A program made the position numbers and the translations under genes. A stretch of DNA of 64,000 nt from an uncultured virus (IMG/VR IMGVR_UViG_3300046794_000135) (lineage: Duplodnaviria > Heunggongvirae > Uroviricota > Caudoviricetes): IMG/VR virus record IMGVR_UViG_3300046794_000135; one strand, given 5' to 3'. Below, one piece after another: positions 1-8,647 of the stretch (the first letter of the stretch is position 1; each line of letters starts with the position of its first letter). The notes beneath the pieces were generated by a model. The model had not been told where the DNA came from. It did no database searches and saw only the letters and a list, made by a program, of their open reading frames with translations.

Positions 1-108
1 GAGGCGGAGGGAGGTGATTTCGGCGGAGGCATCAACGATAGCGCAATGATATTCTCCGCCTTCACGCCTGTCGAAATACCGCCATAGGCGCTCTACGATG
101 TCCGTCAT
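1..108 (-). CDS. 5' part of hypothetical protein MTDIVERLWR..., running off the window; second copy of the gene starting at 43148
   Basis: Lies in the repeat; its ATG at 108 overlaps the stop of ORF 105-338. Confidence 0.7.
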   Translation of the reverse strand, partial: MTDIVERLWRYFDRREGGEYHCAIVDASAEITSLRL

Positions 109-127
109 AGCTCTTCCCCTCCGGTAG
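1..127. repeat. Direct repeat copy 1, identical to 43041-43167; may extend beyond the window start
   Basis: Base-by-base identity of 1-127 with 43041-43167; the copies diverge at 128 (t) versus 43168 (c). Confidence 0.97.
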
Positions 128-338
128 TGAGGGCTTCGAAGCGGCCATCTTCAAATTCTTCCCTCGGACGAACCCAAAACGATCCATCATCGACGGAGCG
201 ATAAATTGCCACTTCCCTGTCATCGACGGATGGAGCCGAGAGATTGTTATGGTCGAACCAATCCTCAGCCTGCATCTTGCCGATGCCGATCAGGGCATAC
301 GTGCTGCCGCGCTTCTTATGTCTGTGTGTGGCCTTCAT
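105..338 (-). CDS. Small phage protein, DUF1653-like
   Basis: HRHKKRGSTY and VAIYRS...WVRPREEF pattern typical of DUF1653-like proteins. Confidence 0.6.
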   Translation of the reverse strand: MKATHRHKKRGSTYALIGIGKMQAEDWFDHNNLSAPSVDDREVAIYRSVDDGSFWVRPREEFEDGRFEALTTGGEEL

Positions 339-568
339 GGCTCGTACCCCGCCTTAGAACCACCGTATGCAGCGCCAACGCGGCCATACAAGCACAGTGT
401 CCAATCCGCTCCATAGCTCTTCGCGCACTGGCGAACGAGATCATCGTCCAGATATTCTTTCGTGTCGGGGTCTTGTCCCTGACCGTAGAGGGTCAGGTCA
501 CCGAGCGGTAACTCGACCGCGCCAGTGATGTCGTTCCTTGCTACGATGATGTAATGAGCGCTGCTCAT
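335..568 (-). CDS. Hypothetical phage protein
   Basis: ATGA-coupled with neighbouring genes. Confidence 0.6.
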   Translation of the reverse strand: MSSAHYIIVARNDITGAVELPLGDLTLYGQGQDPDTKEYLDDDLVRQCAKSYGADWTLCLYGRVGAAYGGSKAGYEP

Positions 569-855
569 GGCTCGTATCCTTGTTGCTTGGCTTTGGTGAG
601 GGCTTGAATAGCACTTCGAATTGGCGGTGTGCCGCCCAGCGCCGGGAAAGATGCTGTCACTATTCCAGCAATGTCGTTCAGCGCCGCCACCAGATCGCGG
701 ATCAGAGCGTCCTTGGCTTCGTTGGCTTGCGGGGCGATGGCGAGGTAGGCGCGGATGGCGCGGTTCATGTCCTCTCGGACCTCTTTCGTCATGACGGGGT
801 TATACCCATACCAAGCTTCAACAGCCGCCTCGATTGCTTGCTCGTGCGTTGTCAT
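565..855 (-). CDS. Hypothetical phage protein
   Basis: ATGA-coupled with neighbouring genes. Confidence 0.6.
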   Translation of the reverse strand: MTTHEQAIEAAVEAWYGYNPVMTKEVREDMNRAIRAYLAIAPQANEAKDALIRDLVAALNDIAGIVTASFPALGGTPPIRSAIQALTKAKQQGYEP

Positions 856-1250
856 GCTGCTTTCTCCCCGACGATCGTCAACTGCACTCCGGCGTAGCCG
901 CCGTCGTCAAGCTTGACAGCCGCCATGACGTTGCGCTGCGCCCACTCCAGAGTGTGGAGGCAATCCGTCGTGTCGCCCTCGTCGTCAACCGGCCCGACAA
1001 GGAGCCCCTTGCCGAAAAGCAGGTGTGGGTATCCGCGCACTGCGAAGAGATCGTTCGCCTTGAAGCTGCCCTCGTCGTCAACGTAGATCGCGTGGCCGTC
1101 GTTGAGGCGCGCGGCGTCGATGCAGTCGCACTCTGTCAGCGCGTAAATCTGGTCAAGGCCGCCTGGCTGAACGTACTCGACCGCTGTCAGTGTCAGCAGC
1201 GAGGGGTCAATCAGGATGGCCTTGACCTTGCGTTGATTAACTTCTGTCAT
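852..1250 (-). CDS. DUF3846-like phage protein
   Basis: KAILIDP, IYVDDEG and GKGLLVGPVDDEG motifs; start placed at ATG 1250. Confidence 0.55.
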   Translation of the reverse strand: MTEVNQRKVKAILIDPSLLTLTAVEYVQPGGLDQIYALTECDCIDAARLNDGHAIYVDDEGSFKANDLFAVRGYPHLLFGKGLLVGPVDDEGDTTDCLHTLEWAQRNVMAAVKLDDGGYAGVQLTIVGEKAA

Positions 1251-1251
1251 G

Positions 1252-1419
1252 TCAGTTTTCCTTTTTGGGTGTGGTGATGAACTCGAAAAGCGCGGAACAG
1301 CCGAAGGCGATGACCAAGACACCGATGACGCCACCGACCGTGTTCCAGTGAAAATGGTGGGAAAGGCTGCCACCTACCCACGGGACCAAGAAGGCCCAGA
1401 AGTGCTGTTTGCTTGTCAT
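1252..1419 (-). CDS. 55-aa predicted membrane protein (not in ORF track)
   Basis: Manual translation MTSKQHFWAFLVPWVGG...GVIGVLVIAFGCSALFEF...; abuts the next gene start. Confidence 0.5.
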   Translation of the reverse strand: MTSKQHFWAFLVPWVGGSLSHHFHWNTVGGVIGVLVIAFGCSALFEFITTPKKEN

Positions 1420-1579
1420 CGCTGTCATCCTGTCAGGGGGTGTCTGCGTTTGGGTGCTGGAAGCGCGGGAGGAGGCGCTTCCAGCTTGTGTGGCTTGTCA
1501 TGTGGAAACTTAATCCAGCGGGAGCATGGGCCACACAACGTATCCGGCTTTCTGCGTCGCTAGTTCGGCACGGGGCCGA

Positions 1580-2059
1580 TCAGGCGACCTTGGAAAGCGC
1601 TGCTTCCAAGCGGAGCGTGGCGATCTTTTCAATGCACTCCTCAAAGAGCATTTCCGCCGTCTGGATCGTCTTGCGGAGCTGGTCGTGGGCGATGGCGAGC
1701 GCCATCATTTCGCCGTCGCCGATCGCTGTCAGCGTGTCAGCCAGTTCAGCAGGGCGAAGCGTTGCGAAGATGTCGCCAGCACGGGCGCGTTCAGCCAGGC
1801 GCTTCAGCGCAATGGCGCCGGGAACGGTGTCGCCGGTGGTCGGATCGGTCACAAGGATCGCCTTGTATGTGGCACCGCGGAAATGGTCGAGGACGGCCTG
1901 CCCCTCTTTGGTGAGGTTTTCACCCATGATCGCGGCTTGCTCTTCAGCAGGGATTTCCTGCCGACGCTGGGCGTACCCGGCGGAGTCTGCCACGTCGAAG
2001 CCAACTTTCGTTGCCGTTTTGAAATCCTGCGCGAACTTTTTCAGATTGATGTCGGTCAT
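1580..2059 (-). CDS. Hypothetical phage protein
   Basis: 159-aa ORF with GAGG RBS, downstream of operator-like sites. Confidence 0.7.
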   Translation of the reverse strand: MTDINLKKFAQDFKTATKVGFDVADSAGYAQRRQEIPAEEQAAIMGENLTKEGQAVLDHFRGATYKAILVTDPTTGDTVPGAIALKRLAERARAGDIFATLRPAELADTLTAIGDGEMMALAIAHDQLRKTIQTAEMLFEECIEKIATLRLEAALSKVA

Positions 2060-2199
2060 AACTGCGCTTGCCTCTTATGTTTGGGTCAGTGAGGCGGCTC
2101 GTTGTCCGCCTCTGGATGTGACTTAAACATAGGCTTGCGTTCAACACAAGAGAAAATATGCGTCTCACACAAAATATTTTTGGGCCGCTGATTTCGGCA

Positions 2200-2470
2200 C
2201 TGGGAGGGGCGTTTGTAAACGAGTGTTCAATGTGTAGAAGGGGTGTCGTTACCAGAGGCTGATTTTGTAATTCGACAAGGCCATTTGTAACGGGCTCGAC
2301 CTATAATCTACTAATTTTATGGGGTACAGCTCAAAGCCCTGAAAACGCACGGTTTTGTTTTCGATTTGTAATCGGTATCTCTGTAACTCTATATTAAAAT
2401 AATAAAGTAATATTAATAATCATTAATTATTATAGAAGGGTAAAAGGGATTTGCGTTACAGAAGGTACAC
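2200..2470. other. Candidate replication origin of phage A
   Basis: Non-coding; TGTAA at 2214, 2266, 2286, 2367, 2382 and inverted at 2456; very AT-rich stretch about 2388-2435. Confidence 0.45.
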
Positions 2471-2581
2471 CAAAATCGGGCCTCCGAACCCCGTGCCAAA
2501 ACGACCCCGCGCCGCTTTGACAGGACAGCACTTGTGTCAGTAACAATTTCCACAGCAGAAAACTTGTGGAAGGGTTATCAG

Positions 2582-3076
2582 ATGCGCGTGCTAGGGATCG
2601 ATCCCGGTGTGACCGGAGCGTGGGCGATTGTCGAGGTCGCGCCGGAGCTGGGGTCAAAGCCCGTGCTTGTCGGTGTCGGCGATCTGCCTGCCAAGTCTGT
2701 CAAGATGTCCAAGCGTGTCGCGCTCCGCCTCGATGCCCCAAGAGTCGGCGAGCTGTTCGATCGGCTGACAGATGAGCACGAGCTTGACAGGATCATTGTC
2801 GAGCGCCTGTCCGGCGGACCAGGTATCACGTCGAGCACCGCGTTCAGCCTTGGCATGACAGCCGGGATCATTGACACGCTGCTGGCAGAGCGCCGCCTGG
2901 AGTTTTCCACCGTGCCTCCGAGTTCATGGAAACGGGCGCTCCTCGCCCCCGCCGGTAAAGCCGCATCGCGGCAACACGCCGTCAAGCTCTTCGGCTCCAA
3001 CAAAGGCTGGGAGCGGGAGAAGGATCACAACCGTGCCGAGGCTGCGATGATTGCGCTATGGGGTGCGCTGAGATAG
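2582..3076 (+). CDS. RuvC-like Holliday junction resolvase
   Basis: MRVLGIDPGVTGA N-terminus, IIVE, P-xx-WK and DHNRAEAAMIA motifs. Confidence 0.85.
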   Translation: MRVLGIDPGVTGAWAIVEVAPELGSKPVLVGVGDLPAKSVKMSKRVALRLDAPRVGELFDRLTDEHELDRIIVERLSGGPGITSSTAFSLGMTAGIIDTLLAERRLEFSTVPPSSWKRALLAPAGKAASRQHAVKLFGSNKGWEREKDHNRAEAAMIALWGALR

Positions 3077-3197
3077 CCCTCCCCTCGTCGGGCCGGATTT
3101 GGATTTCTGTTATGTGCGGTTTTTTCGTCCGGTCGATGTCGTTTCGGGCGCCAGTGTCAGGCCGGAAAACCCGGTTTTGGCGCGCTTGGCGCCCGTT

Positions 3198-3234
3198 GTT
3201 CACGGCGCGTTCTCGCGTTGTTCTCCGCCCGTTC
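3198..3234. promoter_or_regulatory. Tandem alphaproteobacterial LexA-box-like array (GTTC-N7)x3-GTTC
   Basis: GTTC at 3198, 3209, 3220 and 3231, exact 11-bp period. Confidence 0.5.
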
Positions 3235-3569
3235 ACGCCCAAACGGGCGCCTTGACGCCCGTGCGGCGCTCGCCAAGGGAAAACCGCCATAAAAGCCCAC
3301 AGAACGCGTCGGGCGTGTCAGGATGATATGTGACAGCGGAGAACGTCAAACGCCTGTCAGCGGGCAACGTCGCGTCAAATAGCGCATATCAGGGTTTTCG
3401 CCATAGCTGCGCTGACAGGCGATACCGCAAGCGAACGGGCGCCCTTGCCACATAGCGCGCCGCTAGCGCGTTTCCCTGTCAGCACCCGTGCCATGACATG
3501 CCAGCAACGCGAAACGGCGCCATAGGGCGCCGCACTGGTAAAAGGAAAAGGCGCCTTGCGGCGCCTTGC

Positions 3570-4451
3570 TCATTCGTCCTCCGGCTTGCCATATTCGGCT
3601 ATCATCTTCTTGAGCCACGCTTCGGGCGCCTTAACAATATCGTCCGAGACGTACGGCGCCGCAATGAAAAGCATTTCGCCAATGCCAAGCGAACGTTGCC
3701 AATATTCCTTGCCGTGTTCGCGCTGGAAATCGACGCTGTTATATCCCCACGCCAAGCCGTGGTTGTCGCTACGCTTCCCGCCATCGCTGTCAATAAAGCC
3801 GTACGCCATTTGACGCGACACGCCCGTCGCGCAAAGCAAGTGCGCAGCGCGTGCCAAGTCGATCGGCGCGCTATCAAGTCGTGCCACAACGGCGCGCGAC
3901 GTGCGGGTGTTTTCATCACCATACGGCAAAGCCGACGCCGCAATATAGAGCGATACCGGGCGCGTTGCTGACAGTATTCTGACAAGAGCTAGAATAGCGG
4001 CGCCGCGCTTTTCAAGTGTAGTCGCGTCAATGCCACCCGATGAAACACAATCGACAACAATATTGAGCGGCGCCTTTTCACTTTCAACGCGGCGCCGTTG
4101 ACGCATATTCATTGGATTGCCAGCAAGGAAGGCGCCAACATTTGGCGCGCCACCCGTCATTGCGTTTTCAACTTGGAAGTTGCTTCCGTTATACCCTGTC
4201 AAAGCTTCAAGCTTTGACAGGAATTCGTCCGAAGCAGCAACACGCGCCAAATCACCGGTGCGGCACTTGCGCACCGTGGTTTCAAGCTTGTCGCCACCGC
4301 TCCATTTGTCGCCACCCGAATGATTAGGAAGGCTCATTGCCTGAACGGCATCGGTAAACTCGCTGACAGTATCAAAGACTGTCACAACGTCGACTTTGCC
4401 AGCGTATTTCTTGCCACCCAATGAAGGGAAAGTTTGCTCGATACGTGCCAT
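3570..4451 (-). CDS. vWA-like domain protein, partner of the AAA+ ATPase
   Basis: LNIVVDCVSSGG MIDAS-like strand, directly downstream of a MoxR/CobS-type ATPase. Confidence 0.65.
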   Translation of the reverse strand: MARIEQTFPSLGGKKYAGKVDVVTVFDTVSEFTDAVQAMSLPNHSGGDKWSGGDKLETTVRKCRTGDLARVAASDEFLSKLEALTGYNGSNFQVENAMTGGAPNVGAFLAGNPMNMRQRRRVESEKAPLNIVVDCVSSGGIDATTLEKRGAAILALVRILSATRPVSLYIAASALPYGDENTRTSRAVVARLDSAPIDLARAAHLLCATGVSRQMAYGFIDSDGGKRSDNHGLAWGYNSVDFQREHGKEYWQRSLGIGEMLFIAAPYVSDDIVKAPEAWLKKMIAEYGKPEDE

Positions 4452-4452
4452 G

Positions 4453-5613
4453 TTAGCGGCCTTCCACAATCTTGATTTGATCAACTGACAAGCCAGCAAG
4501 GTATGTCATTTCCGCTACCTCATCGGAGGACATGCCAGCGGCAAGAAGTGCGGCGCCCGCTTGGCTATGGCGCGGATCGATCACAATCTTGACACCCGCG
4601 CTTTGCGCCCGCGCCCGTGCGGCTTGCACCCGCTTGGCAAATGTCGGATTGCCGGAAATCGCCTGTTCAAGCGCGACATCATATGTCCAATGAAACTTGA
4701 CAGGGAAACGTGACAGAAACGCCGCATCGATTTTCGCGCGCCCGATAAACTCCGCCGTTGCGCCCTGTCCGAATGTGTTAGCGGCGCCAATGCAAATGAA
4801 GTCTTTGTGACGGCGCACGGGTGTCGCGCTATCAGGGAAAGAAGCAACGCCATTGGCGAGCGCGGCGTTCAGTGCGAGCAAAGCCGAATTGTCAGAAGCG
4901 TCTACCTCATCGAACAAGTAAACGCCGCCGTGCTCATATGCCTGCCGGAATGGCGTTGTGTGATACGTGCCACCCGCGTCAACAAAGCCAAGCAATTCGT
5001 GCGTCATGGAAAGCGCGCCGTTGAAGTAGAAAGGCACGCCCATTGCCGTAGCGGCTTGTTCAGCGGCGTGCGTCTTGCCGCTACCAGTCGGGCCCGCGAT
5101 CCATACGTTTGGCGCGATGCCGTTTGCCATGCGGGAGGAAAGCACGCGCAAGAGCTTTTCAAAGAGCGGGTGGCACTGGCCGTCACTCTGCCATTGCGTG
5201 CCATCAGTGCGCGTCATTTCGATGCGAACAAGAGCCGTGCCTTCAAGCGCGGCCTTAACCTTTTCCGTGACAATGGCGTCAAGCTTTTCATCATCGATCG
5301 ATGGCGAAAGCAAAGCGGAGAGCGCTGCGAGTGCATCGGCTTTGTTGCCGTCAAACTTACTTGCGGAAGGAAGGCGCCCGGCAAGTGTCGCGGGTGTCGC
5401 GCTGTCATCTTCCTTTGCAGGAACGGCGGAGATAACCGCTGTCACGTCGATGCCAAACCGTGCGGCAACTTCAAGGCAAAGCGAAGATGTCAAATCAGCG
5501 GTGCTAATGCCGCGCTCGCGACGATAGCTATCCCATTGTGCATCAGCGGCAATAGCGCGACGCAAAGCCGTGCGCTGTTCAGCGGAGAGTGAAACTTTCA
5601 TAGCAGCGGTCAT
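4453..5613 (-). CDS. MoxR/CbbQ/CobS-type AAA+ ATPase
   Basis: Walker A GPTGSGKT, Walker B YLFDEVD, AANTFG and arginine-finger DAAFLSRF. Confidence 0.9.
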   Translation of the reverse strand: MTAAMKVSLSAEQRTALRRAIAADAQWDSYRRERGISTADLTSSLCLEVAARFGIDVTAVISAVPAKEDDSATPATLAGRLPSASKFDGNKADALAALSALLSPSIDDEKLDAIVTEKVKAALEGTALVRIEMTRTDGTQWQSDGQCHPLFEKLLRVLSSRMANGIAPNVWIAGPTGSGKTHAAEQAATAMGVPFYFNGALSMTHELLGFVDAGGTYHTTPFRQAYEHGGVYLFDEVDASDNSALLALNAALANGVASFPDSATPVRRHKDFICIGAANTFGQGATAEFIGRAKIDAAFLSRFPVKFHWTYDVALEQAISGNPTFAKRVQAARARAQSAGVKIVIDPRHSQAGAALLAAGMSSDEVAEMTYLAGLSVDQIKIVEGR

Positions 5614-6035
5614 GTCTTTGTATCCTTTGTATCGGGTTAGCGGCGCGGTCTTTTGCCGTGCTCGCACTCCCTTTCTGGCATGTCAGATTATGTTCTGTCA
5701 ACAATACATTGTGTCAGCCGCACAAAGATTTTGTGTTTACCGCAAGGCGAGTTTGCGATCTCCATTGCACGCCAAAAGTGAATAGGCTCTATTTCGCCCA
5801 CAGAACGCCGCTGACAGGCGTTTCGATTTTTGACGGTGCATTTATTACCCGATAGGCCAAACGCCATTCTCTAGTTCTAGTTGTGTGAACAATCGTCCTA
5901 CACCCGTTCATTTTTGTTGAACAAACACAAGCGGCTTGCGTTCATTTGACAACTATTATGCAGCGCCCTAATGATACGTAATAACATTACATTCAGGGCA
6001 TTGTTCAATAATGAACAATAGGGATTGAAACAGAG

Positions 6036-6452
6036 ATGGTGTTTCAGAAAGGGCAAAGCGGAAATCCGGGTGGCAAACCAAAAGCCGCTGATGCGATTTT
6101 GCGGCGCCTTGGAAGTCTCGGAATGCGCGCCGTCGCACGGCTTGAAACCTTGCTCGATAGCGAGAATGAACAGATTGCCAAGGGCGCCGCTGACACAATC
6201 CTTGCCTACACGCTTGGCAAGCCGCGCCAGCAAGTGACAGCGGAAATCACCCATAATGTGGGCGCCAGCGCTGCGCACTTGATGGCGCTGGCAAGCAAGC
6301 CACACCCTGTTCTGGACCTGTCAGCCAATGCTAACACGTTGATAACATTGGATAATCCGGCATCTACATCTAAACAGCCAATTAAGACGCGCCGCATATC
6401 TGAAGCGGAAACAATAGACGCGACGCCTGTTATTGACAGCCAAACAGAATAG
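6036..6452 (+). CDS. terS: Terminase small subunit-like protein
   Basis: FQKGQSGNPGGKPK N-terminus; immediately upstream of TerL. Confidence 0.7.
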   Translation: MVFQKGQSGNPGGKPKAADAILRRLGSLGMRAVARLETLLDSENEQIAKGAADTILAYTLGKPRQQVTAEITHNVGASAAHLMALASKPHPVLDLSANANTLITLDNPASTSKQPIKTRRISEAETIDATPVIDSQTE

Positions 6453-6592
6453 CATTCCAGAAAGCAGGGGCTTGGTAGCATGTCATGCTGTCAAATCCGC
6501 CTGACAGGAATGAAATTTCGTTAGGGCGCTAATGACCCCCCGCCCCGCCTTCCCCGGCGACCGCTAGATTTAAATCAGCACGGTATTTCGCT

Positions 6593-8101
6593 ATGGTCCG
6601 AAAAAAAATACAAAAAACGGTGTGGGGCCAGAAGCCCGAACCACCCGCCCCGGACCCCGTGCTGGAAGAAGCACCCCCGCCGGAAAAAATAGAAAATCCA
6701 AAAGTTGACCCCGTTGTCGCGGCCTTCCAGCAATTCCTGGCGCGCTACAAGGACGATCCCTATGGGTTCGTTGTCAACGTCCTCGGCGCGACTCCGCTGC
6801 CGTGGCAGAAGGACTTTCTGGAAGCCGTTGCGCGCGGTGAGCGCCGCATCTCGATCCGCGCCGGTCACGGCGTAGGGAAGTCCACGGCGTGCTCGTGGGT
6901 GCTGATCTGGCACATGATCTGCCGGTTCCCGCAGAAGTCCGTTTGCACGGCGCCGACCGCCTCCCAGCTCTATGACGCCCTCTTCGCGGAAGTGAAGCAT
7001 TGGGTCAACAAGCTCCCCGACTTCATCCGCGAGACGATCGAGGTCTTCTCCGACAAGATCACCCTGAAGGCCGCCCCGGAAAGCTCGTTCCTATCGGCCC
7101 GCACCTCATCCGCTGACAGGCCGGAAGCGATGGCCGGTGTCCACTCCGAGCACGTCATCCTGATCTTTGACGAGGCCAGCGCCGTGCCGGAGCCCGTCTT
7201 CGAAAGCGCGGCAGGCTCGATGTCAGGCCACAGCGCCGTGACCATCATGATCGGGAACCCCACCCGAAACTCCGGCCTCTTCTACAAGTCGCACCACGAG
7301 CTGTCAGGCAACTGGTTCACGATGCATGTGAGCTGCCTGAACTGCGGCCTCGTATCCGACGACTTCGTGAACCAAATCCGCACGACCTACGGCGACACAT
7401 CCAACGCCTTCCGGGTGCGTGTCCTCGGCGAGTTCGCCCTCAAGGAAGATGACACGCTCATCCCCGCCGAGCTCGTTGACAGCGCGATGATCCGTGACAT
7501 CCGGCCCGACGTTGGTTCCGGGATCATTTACGGGCTCGACGTTGCGCGTTTCGGCGATGACAGAACCGTGCTGTGCAAACGCCAGGGAAACGTCGTGCTT
7601 GACATCAAGTCATGGAACGGCGCCGACCTGATGGAAACGACAGGCCGGGTGGTCGCGGAAGCGCGGCTCGACAAGCCGGAGCTGATCTGCGTTGACAGCA
7701 TCGGCCTCGGTGCCGGTGTCGCCGACCGCTTGCGCGAGCTGGGCCTCAACGTCCGCGATGTCAACGTCTCCGAGACCGCCAGCATGAACCATGCTTCCGC
7801 CGCGAAGCTGCGTGACGAGCTGTGGCTGACAGTCAAGGAATGGTTGAACAACCGTGCCTGCTACATCCCGAAGAACGATGATCTCCGTCAGGAGCTCGTC
7901 GCGCCGACCTACACCTTCCTGTCAAACGGCAAGCTGAAGGTCGAGAGCAAGGGTGAGCTCAAGAAACGCGGAATGCGAAGCCCCGACCTGGCTGACGCAC
8001 TCTGCCTGACATTCGCCGCTGACACCGCACTCGTCGGGGGCCGCGCCTCCAAGTGGGTCAGCGGGAAACCTCTCAAACGCAACATCAAGGGAATTGTCTG
8101 A
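6593..8101 (+). CDS. terL: Terminase large subunit
   Basis: RAGHGVGKS Walker A, IFDEAS Walker B, GNP, GLDVARFGDD nuclease motif, SPDLADAL. Confidence 0.95.
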   Translation: MVRKKIQKTVWGQKPEPPAPDPVLEEAPPPEKIENPKVDPVVAAFQQFLARYKDDPYGFVVNVLGATPLPWQKDFLEAVARGERRISIRAGHGVGKSTACSWVLIWHMICRFPQKSVCTAPTASQLYDALFAEVKHWVNKLPDFIRETIEVFSDKITLKAAPESSFLSARTSSADRPEAMAGVHSEHVILIFDEASAVPEPVFESAAGSMSGHSAVTIMIGNPTRNSGLFYKSHHELSGNWFTMHVSCLNCGLVSDDFVNQIRTTYGDTSNAFRVRVLGEFALKEDDTLIPAELVDSAMIRDIRPDVGSGIIYGLDVARFGDDRTVLCKRQGNVVLDIKSWNGADLMETTGRVVAEARLDKPELICVDSIGLGAGVADRLRELGLNVRDVNVSETASMNHASAAKLRDELWLTVKEWLNNRACYIPKNDDLRQELVAPTYTFLSNGKLKVESKGELKKRGMRSPDLADALCLTFAADTALVGGRASKWVSGKPLKRNIKGIV

Positions 8102-8102
8102 C

Positions 8103-8561
8103 ATGACAACACTCGCGTACCGCAACGGCGTTCTCGCCGCTGACAGCCTGGTATCCTCCGTCGGCACTCGCGTCGGTGAGATGCGCAAGGTCTGGAAGAC
8201 CAAATCCGGCGCGCTTGTCGGGTTCGCAGGCAATGCCAGCCTTTCCTACGAGATCGACCAGTGGGTCACGAACGACCTCGCGGGCGAGACTCCGGGGACC
8301 GCCGACCGTGGCACCATCCTCCTTGTCCAACCCGGCGGCGAGGTCTTCGTCATTGATGACGACGGCGGCCCCGTGCGGATCGTCGCCCCCTTCCACGCAG
8401 ACGGCTCCGGCTCTGACATCGCGATCGGTGCGATGGCAGCGGGCGCCAGCGCCGTGCAGGCTGTCGAGATTGCTTCGCTCTACGACACGGCGACCGGCGG
8501 CGCGATCCAGTACGTCGAGCTGGGCAACGTGGTGAAGCTGCTTCCGAAGAAACAGCCTTGA
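8103..8561 (+). CDS. HslV/proteasome-beta-like Ntn peptidase
   Basis: N-terminal (M)TT nucleophile, GVLAADS, K33-like MRKVW, GFAG, GSG...AIGAM, YDTATGG. Confidence 0.7.
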   Translation: MTTLAYRNGVLAADSLVSSVGTRVGEMRKVWKTKSGALVGFAGNASLSYEIDQWVTNDLAGETPGTADRGTILLVQPGGEVFVIDDDGGPVRIVAPFHADGSGSDIAIGAMAAGASAVQAVEIASLYDTATGGAIQYVELGNVVKLLPKKQP

Positions 8562-8647
8562 CAGATTGTGTCTGACACGCATGTCATTTGTGTTTTTCAC
8601 ATAAATTCTGTAAATTCTAGCGAATTTCTTGGTTATTTGGGGAACGG

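Noticed and set aside
1..127. Repeat interpreted as attL/attR of phage A
   Set aside because: It lies within coding sequence about 15 kb from the integrase, which has its own intact attP-like region
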